Of a stretch of 64,000 nt of DNA, positions 37,183 to 50,227 are shown in pieces. Source of the stretch: Vicugna vicugna (taxonomy: Eukaryota). Made by a program: the position numbers and the translations under genes. The stretch spans positions 567,599 to 631,598 of the forward strand of contig MU057930.1 of NCBI GenBank assembly GCA_013265495.1, in the 5' to 3' direction. Under the pieces are notes generated by a model. That model had not been told where the DNA came from and searched no databases. It saw only the letters and a program-made list of their open reading frames with translations. The first letter of the stretch is position 1. Every line of letters begins with the position of its first letter.

Positions 37183-37479
37183 GTGACATACTCTTTTCCT
37201 TTTAATCACTTCTTTCCAATCTGGAAAAAGCCATCAGGGTCCAAGAAAAGGAGCAATTTCAGGTAAGCTCCATCCACACCACTGCAGACCAGACCACCGG
37301 ACATCCTCTTGTCAACAAGGGATGGTCTTGGGTTGGTTTCCGAGGCTGAGGGTGAGTGCAAACACTACCACGGCTGCAGAGGTTGAGAGAGTCATGGGAG
37401 AAAAGATGAGCTTGTGCAAATATGCACATGTCCACCCCCCTCCCCCACCACCTCCCTTACATGTATTGTGCCCATTGCT

Positions 37480-37702
37480 TAAGAACATGTATGGCAAAAT
37501 AAGACGTAACTCAGAACCTGAATGCAATGGTATGATGCATGGGATTAGCCTCAAGATAAGTCTGGGGGTCGTAGGAGGGGATTCGGTATAGATTAAACAA
37601 GATTGCCCAGGTGCTGGTAATATTCAACATAATGGGTATTTGGGGATTCAATACACTATAGCTCTCTACTTTCATATAGGGTGCAATTCTCCAAAAAGAA
37701 AA
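37480..37702 (+). mobile_element. Old L1M 3' end
   Basis: TATAGATTAAACAAGATTGCC..TGGGGATTCAATACACTAT..TCTCTACTTT..TCCAAAAAGAAAA. Confidence 0.6.
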
Positions 37703-38451
37703 CATATATATATATATATATATATAAATTTAATCTAATGATAAAAATTTTAGAAGGCAGAATATTTGAAAATTCACTCTCCCTCTCAATTCCCTTCACT
37801 TGAAATCAAAGTCCCCCTCAACCACAAAGACAAGATTTTGAAAAAAGAATTTAGTTACGAGTTTCCTGGCATCCAAGGGAAAAAGTGAGATGTCTTCTGT
37901 TATATTATACAAATAGCCATTTCCCAACTTTGGGGAAGAAAAAGAAAAGCTGTTCCAGTCATATCTCTGAGTCATTAATGCCTAAAAATGTCTTCAGTAA
38001 CTTCCCTACCGTGAACCCAGGAACACCATCTGTAAATGCATAAATATTTTCACGTTCACATCCTGGCACACAACCACAGAGTGCTGCACAGAGGCACTAC
38101 AGTAGAGGCGGTCCAAGAATGCAGCTCTTGGAATGGTCCACGGTGAGTTGGAAGGAACACCAGTGCTGTGCTGGACCCATGGTCCTTCCAACCATGCTCT
38201 CCAAAGATCGTATCTCTCCAGTGGTTGTCTGGCCCAAAAGAATGGCATTTTAAGGTCGTATCATCTGGCAAAGGCATGGAAAACCCACATTTTCTGTGGC
38301 TGAGTTAGCGCAGACACATAAACCCTAGGGGTTCATCACGGAAACAGAATGAGAATAACTCCCTCCTTGGGGCTCACGGCAGGCGGGACAGGGGCCTTTC
38401 CTCAGCACACCTAACACGTTCCTGATAAATGGGAATCCTCTCCGCATCACG

Positions 38452-38850
38452 GGTGGGCCTGGAGGGTGTTATGCACAGTGCAGTAAGTCAGACAGAGAAA
38501 GACAAACACCGTGTGATATCACTTATACGCGGCATCTAAAAATACGCAACCAACTAGTGAACATAACAGAAAAGAAGCAGACTCACAGATACACAGAACA
38601 AATTAATGGTGACCAGTGGGGAAAGGGAAGGGGGAGGGGTAATACAGGCGAAGAGGAGTAACAGGTACAAGTTATTAGAGATAAAATAAGCTGTAAGTAT
38701 ATACTGTATAACATGGCGAATATAGCCAATATTTTATTATAACTATAAATGGAATTCAACCTTTGGAAACTGTGACTCACTCTATTGTACACCTGTAACT
38801 TATATAATATTGGACATTCACTACACTTCAATAAAACATTTAAATTTCAA
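38452..38850 (+). mobile_element. L1 3' end
   Basis: TAAGTCAGACAGAGAAAGACAAA..GCAGACTCACAGATACACAGAACAAATTAATGGTGACCAGTGGGGA..TACACTTCAATAAAA. Confidence 0.92.
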
Positions 38851-39854
38851 AAGGTCCTCTCCTCTCTCTCTAGCCTATATTTCCATCACTCTCACATAAA
38901 ACTTCTGGATTTGAGCCATGCAGTCTTTTTTTTTTGCAAACTACAGGGAGGCATCTCCCATGAAAGGTAATTTGAAGGAATCAGAGCTACTGTGTGGAAT
39001 TTCTGAACACAAACCCTTTTTTGTCTTCGTTATCATCTTCCCAAAATAATCATATGCATCTGAGAAAGTGTATTAAAGCCACCGTTAGGACAAGAGCCTC
39101 ATTGCAGGATAACTGTCCACTGATGTCCTTTGATGAAGATAAATGAATACGCTGTGAGGAAATATGGTGCTGTTCTGATATCCTTATTGTTGGGTAGTGA
39201 AGTGTTTTTCACTTACTTTTACCTGCCGTGGACACAGGGCCGTGACCCCCTGGGCTATTTCCCAAGGTGAAATCGGTTTCTTTGGGTCTTGACTCCTGGA
39301 AGGAGTGTGAACACTATTAAGAGCGATGAGTTAAAACTACATCCATACTAGGTCCAACAGTTTAATACACATCAGACGGTAACGACTACATTAGCAGTAA
39401 CATAAAGTAGCAGATTTAGCCATGAGGATAAGCCGTGGTGGTGAACATCTCAAAGGTGCAAGGACCCTTAAATGAGCTCTTCTGGGCTTACATAGAAGCC
39501 AACGTTATGGGGAATCCCCTCCCCCCCGGAATTTCTGTGCTTGAGAAATTCACACAATTGAGATTTACCTTCTGTTCTCTGTCGGACAGGACTGTTCCAC
39601 AAAGTCAATAGATTTGGTTGAAGGATGCATTCCAGGGACACTCCACGGCAATCGTAAGGTTGAAGAAAATTTAATACCCCATGGGTATTTATAATGCTGA
39701 CTGAATTCCTGCCAGATAGTCCTCAGAATAACAAACTTGAACATAGTTGCATGTAAAAATGAGTATGTGTAACACTGATCCTGGAGGAGGTCAAATGTAA
39801 CTGTGATTTGTGAATGACACACGTCATTCATGGCAGAAGTAGGAGAGGACACAT

Positions 39855-39975
39855 CTCAGCTCCATCTCTGACAGCTGTGCCCCCTTCCTAAGGTAACTGA
39901 TGACTCCCCAGGTGGTTTTCCATCTGAAAAATGAGAATCTGATAGAACCATTGAGGGTATTATCTGTGAATGATT
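39855..39975 (+). mobile_element. MIR SINE core
   Basis: CTCAGCTCCATCTCTGACAGCTGTG..TTTTCCATCTGAAAAATGAGAAT. Confidence 0.55.
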
Positions 39976-39979
39976 GACT

Positions 39980-40511
39980 GGATAGATGATACACAGATAG
40001 AAAGATAAGACAGATAAATGACAGGTGGATGGATGGGTAGGTGGATATGGATATATGAAAGATTTATAGGGCTGACAGATGGTAGATAGATAATAGATAG
40101 GCAGGCAGAAATAATAGGTGGATGGATGGATGGATAGATACATAGGCAAACAGATAGACAGGGATGGATAGATGGATGAATAGATAGATGGATACATGAT
40201 CAGATGAATGGGTGGAGAGAGAGATAATGGATGGATGGATAGAGATAGATGCATGGGGTGGTTGGGTGGATGGATGGATGGACGGATGGATAGACAGATA
40301 GATAAGATGAATGGATGGATGGATAGATGGACGGATGGATGGATAGATGGATGGATAGAGATAGATAGATAGATGCATGGGGTGGTTGGGTGGATGGAAA
40401 AGTGGATGGATGGATGGACGGATGGATAGATAGATAAAGATGACTGGATGGATGGATAGATAAGATGGATGGATAGATGGATGGATGGATGGATAGATGG
40501 ATGGATAGATG

Positions 40512-40556
<45 letters not shown>

Positions 40557-40960
40557 GATACATGGGTTGTTGGGTGAATGGAAAAATAGATGGATGGATA
40601 GATAGATAGATAGGAAGGATAGATGCATGGGGTGGTTGGGTGGATGGAAAGATGGATGGATGGATGGATGGATAGATAGATACACGGGCGGTTAGTTGCA
40701 TGGAAAAATGGATGGATGGATGGACGGATGGATAGATAAGATGAATGGATGGATGGATAGATAAGATGGATAGATGGATAGATGGATGGATGGATGGATA
40801 GATAGACAGACAGACAGACAGAACCGATAAATGACAGGTGGATGGATAGATACAGATATATGAAAGATTTATGCATATGGTAGATGGCAAATGGGTGGAC
40901 AGATAAACAGATATAAATGAAAAATTGGTAGATTTGCTAGAGAGAGCAGAGAGATGGCTG
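39980..40960. repeat. ~1 kb compound (GGAT)/(AGAT) array with higher-order structure
   Basis: Directly visible; source of the 389-aa and 270-aa Ser/Ile/His/Pro pseudo-ORFs. Confidence 0.97.
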
Positions 40961-41774
40961 ACAGGTATGAAAGACTGACAGTTAACGTCTCTACTAAGCG
41001 TGTGAATTTCTACTTTCCCCCACACCCAGACAGTTGAGCCTCTCAGGTGGAATAACGCAGCAATGAGAGGACAGTGATTTCAACTGAGTTAAAACTGCCA
41101 TCTCTACGTTAAGTGTTTTTTTTTTAACCAACTCTTGTAAACTTCTCAGGTTACCGGCACACTCACTTCAGAAGAGCTGAGGAGCCTCCGGTTGCCCAGC
41201 CATCGGAAGGTCACCTTGCAAAGGAGCCCGCAGCTGCTCTGTCAGCAGGGGCGTCTCCACTCTGTCTCCTTTCGTGTCTCACCCGCCTGGAGCAGATGGC
41301 ACATTCTTCCCATTTTCTCATAGAAGGAAACAGTTAGGTTGTTCGTAAGGGAATTCTAGCTTTCTACGCTGAAAGAATCTGGAGAGCCAACGCGTTTGGA
41401 AAATTATTTTCAAGGCTGACCTCACCCTTCTTTGACGTCTCTGGCAGAGGCTGTGGTTAGGTGCCAGTTCTGCTCAATAGATCTGCCAAATGGATGAGAA
41501 ATGGGGGGCCTTCGACCAATGGAGTGGCGGTGACCTAATTACAAAGACTGAGTATTTGTTTCCAGTTTTTGCTGGTGACTCGCCTCATCCCATCAGCCTG
41601 CAGTCTTCTATTCTGAGGCAGAGCCCGGGAAGGGCGGGAGTGTGGATGGACAAGCTTTGCCTGGGTGGTCAGGATTCAGGAAACACAGGGACCTGAATGG
41701 TCAGGCAACCTCATGACTCGACCTTCGTGTCCTGCTGTGAACCTTCCTCCCTTGACGTCTCAAATCTGTGATGT

Positions 41775-42420
41775 ATCCAAAGAAAATGAAAACACTAATT
41801 TGAAAACTTACATGCATCCCAGTGTTCACAGCAGCACTACTGACAATAGCCAAGACCTGGAAGCCGCCTAAATGTCCATCAACAGATGACTGGAAAAAGA
41901 AGATGTGGTGTATTTATACAGTGGAATATTACTCAGTCATTAAAAAGAATGAGATAATGCCATTTGCAGCAACATGGATGGACCTGGAAGGAGTTATGCT
42001 TCATGGGATAGATCAGACTTAGGCATGTGATAACATACATAATACTGTATGTTATCACTTAAATGTTGGATCTAAAAAATACAACAAACTAGTGAATGTA
42101 ACAAAACAGAATCAGACTCAAACATACAGAGAACAAACTAGTGGTTACCAGGCGGGGAGAGGGAAGTGGGGAGGGGCAAAACACGGTTAGCAATACAAAC
42201 TACTTTGTATCAAATAGATAAGCCAAAAAGGATGTATTGTACCACATAGCAGAGGGAGCCAATATTTTATATTTTATTTGTATTTTATCTTTATAAGTTA
42301 TTTCGTAATAACTTTAAATGGAGTATAACCTGTAACAATTTTGAATCACTATGTTATACACCTGAAACTAATACAATATAGTAAATCAACTATACCTCAA
42401 TACAAATTAAATACATAAAA
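41775..42420 (+). mobile_element. L1 3' end (ORF2 tail plus 3' UTR)
   Basis: [59 protein letters not shown] followed by the UTR and an A-rich end. Confidence 0.95.
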
Positions 42421-43850
42421 CTTCAAAATTAAAAAATCTAACCTTGAATGGATGGATTCTCAGGCAAGGCTGGCTGAGCTGTGACCAGGACAGTCTGCAA
42501 AGCTTTCTTTTCCAAATGAGGTCACATTCCCAGGCTGCAGAGATGGAGACCTGGTATCTTTGAGGATATTGATTAAGACAATTAGAGGAACACGTCACAG
42601 TTTTGAACCATTACCAGTCCCATGTCTCTCTGGAAAAGAGTCAAGACACAGACCATGACCATTGTCAAATGCTCTGTCTCTGCTGGAAGGGAGACGGTGG
42701 TGTCACAAGCAAAATGGACCTTGGGAATCTTCCCCTTTATGGTTTACAGATGTCTCAGAGGGGTCCCAAGAGGTGAGAAGGATGACCCGGGGCCAGACCT
42801 CCCAGCCAACATTTTCCCCCTTCACAGCGTCTCTCCAAGAGAAAATTAAGTTATCTCTTGCAGCAGATGGTTTCTGTCCATTATCCTCAGCCCTGGCCAG
42901 AGCATCCTCTCCCATCTCTGTCCTGCCCATTTCTCTCCGGCAACTTGAGCCTTCACAGTGTGGGAACTGGTGACATCCTGGCCAGCCCATGTCCTCGGGA
43001 CCCTTGAGGGAGAAGAGGACCCTTGAGGGATGGTCAGGAACAGACTGGAGTCTAGAGAGACGGGAGTTTTGAAACAAGCTCATGGGTCCAAAGTGTTCGT
43101 GAGTCAGAAAAGGCAAACAAACGTCAGGCTCTCCGAGGAGGGAGAGGAAATGTTTAACGGCCACTGAAACGTGGGGAAGGAGACGCCTTCGAGATAACTA
43201 CTTTCTTCCAAACCAGTGACTAAATATTCTTATTAAAGTAAGAAATATGAACAAGTCGTAGAGAATTCTGACAAAATTCCAGAGGATGAACTTTTTTTTT
43301 TTTTAACGTTTCGCATCTGGAGCTTCCAGATTCTGCCAATTAAGTATATTTTTAAAATAACTGAGACGTGTTCTGCCTTTCCGTATGAATCGAAGATGCT
43401 ATGATGAAGCGCTCTATGCGTGTTCGACAAAAGATGTCATATCTAGCGGGTGCAACGTTTGATAGAAATCGTACAGAACCTCTTTTTATTAACTTTCCTA
43501 TATATATATATATATGTATTTTTTTTAATATTTGCAGATAATTTTCCCAAAGATGGTCATTTTCTTTTCTTCTTTTTAATAATCAAAGAGTTTCGCCTAC
43601 ACCCTTAGGTCGCTCATAAACTCCTTTTGGGGATGAGGCAGAAACTTTTCCACCATTAATGAAAAGCATATGCTGAGGTTAGATGACGTCAGTCTGATTC
43701 CTGTAGAATGATGGGATGTTGGGTGTTCTGTGCAGTTAAAAAAAAAACGGAAAAAGAAAGCAAGCAAGCCGAATGCTTACTCAGCACTGTAGTTCACACC
43801 GAGAGAAACACTGGGAAGAGGATTAAGAAAACCCATTAATGAGACTCTCC

Positions 43851-44130
43851 TGCGGTGATATCACCCAGGGACGGGAAGCAACGGTGCCTGAGAACGGGGC
43901 GGCGTCATCTTAATAGCATAGAAGGTCCACGGTGCGCCGCGTCCGCCTTGGATGCAGTGCTGGTGTCATGTCTTCGTGACAGATGGCACGTCCAGGGTGA
44001 GAGCCCACTCGTCCCTCCCAAAGCCCGCGGTCCTCACCGTTCCCGCCGGGCCCGCCCGCCCCCTGCCTGACTCACGGCCGGCCCCGCCAGCCGCGCCTGC
44101 CCACCCGCTCCTCTCCCGGCTGAGGCGCCT
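43851..44130. promoter_or_regulatory. CpG-island-like patch with GC boxes and an AP-1 site
   Basis: 29 CpGs by manual count in 280 bp; several CCCGCC; TGACTCA at 44068-44074; full CRE TGACGTCA upstream at 43684-43691. Confidence 0.45.
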
Positions 44131-44369
44131 CCCTGACCTTTCTTTCTGTTGTGTCTTCTCCTTTGCTTCCACCAGCGGCCTGTGCCTGCCAGCCGTCGGA
44201 TGGGGCTCGACATTATTAAAAGACACGAAAGAAGTGGCGGGCGCCTTCACATGTTCCCTCCCTCCTCCTTCCCTGAAGCTAGCGTCCCGAATATTCTAGC
44301 ACGGGGACCACATTCATTCCTTTCCCCCGTTACTCATCTCCGTTGACTAGTCAGCCCGCCCCACTGTGG

Positions 44370-45390
44370 TGCTTGGCGTGGCCCCCCCGGAAACTCCTGC
44401 ATAACCCACTTTCCAGTCCAAGAACCCACCTTCGAAACCTTACCTTCTTGGAGGTACACGCTCCTGAGTCTCCCCGGAAATCCCCCCTCCCCTGATTTCC
44501 ACACCGTCATCCTCCTCTGGTCTCCCTACCTCCCCTGCTGCCCGTCCTCAATCAGTGTTCTGTCTAATGTCCTCTCCTCCACACTCTCATGCTGGGAAGA
44601 GCTCAAACCTGGCTGCTTCCGTTTTCTCTAGGTGGCCTCATCTATTTCTGCTCCTTCAAGTATCTCCCCGTCACCAATGAGACCCCCACTGCCCTAGCCC
44701 TTCCCTAGTGACACTCCAGTTGCCGGGGGTCTACTGACTGTCTCCTCCTAGATGCCCCCAGGGAGCTTAAGCTCATGAGGTCTCAAAACTTGCATTCACC
44801 CGTCTCTCAATCCTGAACATACTTCTTTGTGTGTCGTACCTCAACAGGCACCCCCATCTGTCCCCCCCCACAAAAGAGAAACCACAGCCACGTGTCTCAG
44901 TCCCACCCTTCTGCTCCCATGTTCACGTCAGACGTGTCCCAGAGTCCCACACACTCCAACATCCCTTTCCAGTTCAGTCCTTTCTCCTTAGTCCCACCGA
45001 TGCGTCTTGGGGTTCAAGTCATCATTCTCTCCTTGAAGACTGTAGCAGACACGCCTAACCCCACCCTAATCCATCCTCCCCTTGGCCATTTATGTCAGAG
45101 ACCCTCCCCCCAAGTGTCTGTTGGGCACACGACTGCCCTGTAGGGGTGCCTTCCCCAGTCCCCGCTTCCAGCTGCTGGTGACCTGTGACCAAGTTGAGCC
45201 CTGAGCTGCGCAGTTTCCTTCTGTGTGTGTGTTCATGACCAGGTCGAGACGATGGAGCTCTCGTCCCGTCTCCACCTTCTTTTTTTTCTCACTCTCTTGA
45301 GGGCTACGTCCCACTGGAGCAACGCGGAGATCAAACAGACGGGATTCCATTTTGTTCATTCTTCTGTCTCTGGGGCCCAGGGGGTGTGAC
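44370..45390 (+). mobile_element. Degraded L2 LINE (possible MIR core near 45165-45230)
   Basis: C/T-rich L2-like tract (..CTACTGACTGTCTCCTCCTAGATG..AAGCTCATGAGGTCTCAAAAC..) and L2 3'-like TTTTGTTCATTCTTCTGTCTC. Confidence 0.5.
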
Positions 45391-45519
45391 TGCTCTTAGC
45401 TGCCCGACGTCCAGTCTTGAAAGCTGCTGTTTCCTGTGCACGGGTTGCTTATTCTTGAACTGAGGCTGAAAAGCAAACCCCTTTCCTGTTACCCGATCTG
45501 GACCAGAAGCAGAACCGGG

Positions 45520-45640
45520 GTGCCTGACTCATCCTGCGCTGCTGCCGTGTTCTGCACTGAAGGACGAAAGGACCGCATCCTGGGATGCGTTTAGAGGTGA
45601 ACCCCTCAGTCTTCGGGAACTGAAGACAGTTGACGCCCCA
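45520..45640. mobile_element. MER81-like hAT-Blackjack MITE
   Basis: TTCTGCACTGAAGG..CATCCTGGGA..AACCCCTCAGTCTTCGGGAACTGAAGACAGTTG resembles MER81. Confidence 0.55.
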
Positions 45641-46724
45641 CAGACAAGGTCTGAGTGACGACCCTGAATTCTGTCTCTTTGATCTCCCCGGTTTTCCCAT
45701 GACCACTATCCCGAGCCAAACGCTTTGGTTTGTGAGTTCAAGGTTTACATTGCTATTCACATGATGCACCACGTCTAGTTCTTATGTGTTTTCCCCTCAG
45801 GGTGCCTCCTTAGAACATTCGATTTTGCTTGGGAACTGAAGAAATGAGACTTTGCAAAGGGACACGTTAAATAACATGGAATATAAAATACATCTATCTA
45901 TCACTGGCTGCCTGTCAGCCGAGGGAGGCTGACGTGGGGTTCTAGGAGGGGAGCGGCCCAAACGAAAAAACGCACGGGGAGTTGCCATGCCGCCGGACAG
46001 ACAACACCACGGGGCTGACAACACTTTATCGCCACAGGGAGGTGCGCGCCCACGACGCACCTGCCCTGCTGTTTATCTGTGCTCTGCCAGCACATGCACA
46101 ATCTGAGTTTCTTTGTTCACTAGGCTGACAGAATATCTCTAGCACATGTGCACTTCTATTTTCTTTGTTCTAAATCTTATATAATTGACACACGCGTATA
46201 GCAATTATTTCCTGCATACTACACACATGCTCTGATCGTGGCCTTGGGTCCCACGGCCTTAGCTCATCTCAAGGCCAGCTCACAGTGATGATTGAAACGG
46301 TAATGATGTGCTGTGGACACCATTAAGAGTCACGGATTGAGAAACTTGTTTTGGAAGTTTCAGCGGAATGAGAAGCAACCACGGGGAGCTGCTGTGGGTC
46401 CAGGACAAGAGCGTACAAGCTATTTGGGGAACAGAAGAAGGAAGCTGGTGAACAGACAGGAGAGACCACAAGCTGGCTGCTTCCAGGAGACAGTGTTTCC
46501 TGAGGCTTTGGCACCCATGCTGATAAATAAAAATTTTAAAAGAGACGTTTTAGCCCAGGATTATCTCTACTTTTCCAGTTTGTAGGTTCTCATTAACCCC
46601 CATGGATATCTAGGTTTTTTTGTTTGTTTGTTTGTCTTTGCCCCATCCCAAATTTAAGGGTTTACAGAATCCTACACCTCAGGGTTGAAAATACACTTAA
46701 ATCCTGACCCCTCCCCAATCTTTA

Positions 46725-46890
46725 GGGCAGAGTTCTTACCCAGGGGAATGTCAGAAAACCAGGGATAAATTACCAAAATTCATACACCCAAGCCTATCTC
46801 AGAAATCCTGGTTTGGCAGGTCTGAAGGAGACGGGGGAATTGCAACCACCTCCTTTGGAAGAAGAGAAATCCCCAGATACTTCCAATGCA
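46725..46890. mobile_element. MER5-like MITE, diverged
   Basis: CAGAGTTCTTACC..TCAGAAAACCAGGG..CTCAGAAATCCTGGTTTGGCAGGTCTG..TCCCCAGATACTTCCAATGCA. Confidence 0.45.
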
Positions 46891-47487
46891 TACCCTTCAA
46901 GAGTCACCATTCATCACAGGACAAACAAGAGGCCCTTACACACAGTCCTGGGGTCTCCTTGATCGTGCCCGGCAATGACGTGAATGAGAAAATGACACAC
47001 TGCGGGAGCAAGCGCCACGTGAAAGAGATAATTTCCTTCCTTCGGGACGACAGAACCCTCCCTCCAGCCAGTTCCTGCAGAAGCTGGCTTGCCTCGGATC
47101 TATGCGGCGGTATCTCTGCCGGACAGGAATGCACCCTGGCTCATTTGTGGTTTGCAAAACAGGATATGAGAGCATTTGGAAAGCCGAGGGACACAGCTTC
47201 AGGGAGTTCTGGGGGCTCCCTGCATTTACTCTGTGTGCTTGTGTGTGGCTGGTTCCCCACTTTCTATCATTTTCATCGATTTCTGACAATGCCTGGATGT
47301 CCGGTTCACGGTCATGGGCGGCGCGGTGTCCAAAGCAAGTGAAGCACAGGCAAATCCCTCACCCCGTAACTCTTTCGGTTTGTCCCCTTTCCCCCTACAA
47401 AGCAGGCTGTTAAGACTTGGCACTTCAATTCTTTCCAGATTGACCCTTCTGTCGAAGACGGTGTCACCGTCTAAGGTGCTACAGAGA

Positions 47488-47650
47488 GGGGGAGGGTACA
47501 GCTCAGTGGTCGAGTGTCTGCCTAGCATGCACGAGGTCCTGGGTTCCATCCCCAGCACCTCCATTAAAAATAAATAAACCAACCAACCTAATTACCACCC
47601 CCCCAAAAAACACTAAAAATAAAATAAATCATAAAAAATTTAAATAAAAG
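47488..47650 (+). mobile_element. tRNA-Ala-derived SINE (vic-1-like), full length with long tail
   Basis: GGGGGAGGGTACAGCTCAGTGGTCGAGTGTCTGCCTAGCATGCACGAGGTCCTGGGTTCCATCCCCAGCACCTCCA plus A-rich/C-run tail. Confidence 0.92.
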
Positions 47651-48964
47651 AAGCTCACAGTGTCCCCATCTATTCCTCCAAATTAACAGTGTCCCCCCAT
47701 GTCCCTGTAAACTCACAGTGTGTTCCCCACCCCACCCCCATGGCCCTCCCAGTTCACCCCACAATCCTGCTTTTCAAAAGCCCCTGGCAACTTTTTTTTT
47801 TCCCTCCCTGTGCCGTCAGCCCCGAGGTGGAAACGGCCTCCTGGACCTCCCGTGCTGTTCGCTGCGCCCACACTGCCTCATCAGTCCTGTGATAAGATCT
47901 CACCCTTTGGACCACCCGGCTCTGACACGTACCTGTCTAAACCCACTCCCCCCTCAGGGACCTGTGGCTTACAACTCAGTTCAGGGTTCCCTTCTGCCCA
48001 TCTTCCCCAGCCTCGTATCCCAACAGGCTTACAAGAAGGTCTGCAGGTCAGTGTTTTTCAAGGAGAAGTTCAAGAAGAGAGAGAGAAAAAAAAAACTTGC
48101 TAAATGTTCCTCGGGGCTTCCATCTTTTCAATTTGGCCAACGTTTCAGCCCCGAGGATGATCTGCCCCACCTTTTAAACAGAAAGCATCGTTCTCCGTTA
48201 ATTCCACGCAAATCAGGAACCGCATTTCAATGGGAGGTTTGCGCCCAAAATATGTAGACACCTACGAGGGCGCTTCTTGCCAAAAATCACAGCTCAGCTT
48301 GAGTGCAAGTGGGAGCTGGAACCTGACGAGGTTTCCTGAATGGGCTTTCGAGTTTTCTCGCAGCTCATTTCTGAGCGTCCACTGAGGGTCATCAGCCATC
48401 AAAGAGCTGATGTCATAAAGCAGATGTCGGGGAGCGAACATCTGTAGCTGCAACAGACCGGGTGCTTCATGCTTTTCATAGTGTGGGAACCGTGTGCTAC
48501 AAGGTTCCCTGGGAGGGACGGCCAGGAAAACGGAGGGCGTCTCTCCTCTTACTCCCTTCCATGCCTCCCCCCACCCCAAATGTGCAGACACGCAGATCTC
48601 TGACCTTCCTGGAGCAGACTCACATTTGTCTGCTCCCACGCTGACCAAAGGGCACAATAAAGTGACAGTTACATAATTCTGTTCTGGGGTTAAACTCTAG
48701 AAGTATTTGGTTGCCTCAAATGATTACAGTCTTGCGCCAGGGAGCTTCAGCACTACAGCAGATCAGCTAGACAAGCAGAGAGGGTATCAAATTGAAATCA
48801 CGGACGTAATAAGACCTTTAGAAAGTGGACAGTGTTTGAGGACAGCCAGATGTCTCTGTGAGATGCACCAGGTACTTTCCTTAAGAGAATTAACAGCAGA
48901 TGAGGGTCAGGCTTAGAGAGGACAAAAGCAAAAACAATAAACCTGGAAACTTAGAGATAATTGG

Positions 48965-49290
48965 GAGTAAGAATCAGGATCACTGTGGTGGCTCCAAGAT
49001 GCTCAGGAAGCTAGACTCCTTCGATCTTTCTGCTCTGACTTCTAGCCTCAAGGTTGCCTCATGGCTCAAGATGGATGCTGAAGCTCCAGCCATCATGCCT
49101 ACATCCCTGGGAGCAGGAATGAGGGATGAGTGAGGAACCAAAGGGCCTACCTTTTTCAACGGAATTACCTTGTTTTCGACAGCCTTCCTAAAATGTCACA
49201 CCACGCTTCTACCAAAATCCTACTGAACTTAGTCACGTGGCCACACCTAGCTGAATGAGAGTCCAGCAGATGCAGTTTGCACGTTAAGCT
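48965..49290 (-). mobile_element. MaLR LTR (MLT1J-like)
   Basis: CTCATGGCTCAAGATGGATGCTGAAGCTCCAGCCATCATG..GAACTTAGTCACGTGGCCACACCTAGCTG. Confidence 0.75.
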
Positions 49291-49544
49291 GGAGAAATTA
49301 TCACCCTCTTCCAAAAGCAAAAATAAAAAAGCTGAGTTCAGTTGAGAATGGACTTCAGTTATCACTAGCAGTTTCTGCTCAAAATGCCACAAGATAACCC
49401 ACATCAGGGCAGGTGAGATTTAAGAGCCCAAAACATCAGCTTCTGGAGAAGCAACATGCTCCTCTCTGCTTGAACTCCCAAGCAAGCCAACTGCTCCCTG
49501 TGCACATTGGGGTTCTGTGCCCTGCTCCCCTCTCCTCACACATC

Positions 49545-49965
49545 CCTGCTGTTGGCTGGAGGTCAGAACCTGAAACGGGTCCGCAGGGCTGTGTTCCTTC
49601 TGCAGGAAAATCTCTTCTCTTGTCTTTCCTGGCACCCAGGGGACACCTGCATTGCTTGGCTCACAGCCCCATCCTCCATCTTCAATACCAGGAGCATAGC
49701 ATCTCCCAACCCGTCTCTCTCTCTCTACTTCTGTCATCCCAACCCCTACTCAGACTCCACCGTCCTGCTTCCCTGTTACAAGGATCCCTGGCATGACATA
49801 CAAGGGCCCCTTGAGTAATCAAGGGTCATCCTCCCATCTCAAGACCGTTCATTTAATCACACCCGCACAGTCCTGACTTTGCCGCTTAAGGTAACGTATT
49901 CGTGAGTCCCAGGGATTGGTGCGTGGGCATTTAGGGGAGGAGAAGGCATTATTCAGCCAACCACA
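49545..49965 (-). mobile_element. MaLR LTR (MLT1D-like)
   Basis: GGCTGTGTTCCTTCTG..CCTGCATTGCTTGGCTC..CTCCCATCTCAAGA..TTAATCACA..AAGGTAACGTATTC..CATTATTCAGCCAACCACA. Confidence 0.85.
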
Positions 49966-50076
49966 CCCACGCTAGGATTCTGAATAAAATAAGAGTGCGG
50001 AATAGCTTTTTTCCGAAAGATATTGGCTGTTTTGATGACTGTTGTCTTAGTGTTTCAGCTGATGGATTTTACTGTT

Positions 50077-50227
50077 GTTTTTTTGAATTTTTATTCTTTT
50101 GGCGGGGGGTGGGGGTGGGGAATTAAGTTTACTTATTTATTTATTTAATTTAATGGAGGTACATGCATTGAAGCCTGGACCTTATGCATGCTGAGCGTGC
50201 ATTCCCTGCCTGAGCCATATCCTCCCC
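50077..50227 (-). mobile_element. tRNA-Ala-derived SINE (vic-1-like), long-tailed
   Basis: Reverse-complement head GGGGAGGATATGGCTCAGG..; perfect 14-bp TSD TGGATTTTACTGTT at 50063-50076 and 50230-50243. Confidence 0.92.

Noticed and set aside
36574..37209. 211-aa ORF as a host gene
   Set aside because: Clearly an L1 ORF2 C-terminus; the predicted start lies in flanking DNA.
39569..39708. Possible minus-strand exon ending AAG|GTAAAT
   Set aside because: Translation (EFSQHYKYPWGIKF..) matches nothing I recognise; poor acceptor.
39856..41025. 389-aa, 270-aa and 161-aa ORFs
   Set aside because: Translations of the GGAT/AGAT array (SIHP/IYLS repeats); not protein-like.
47493..47563. tRNA-Ala(AGC) gene
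   Set aside because: Mismatched stems and B box, extra 5' Gs, SINE tail and multiple diverged copies with TSDs: a SINE, not a tRNA gene.
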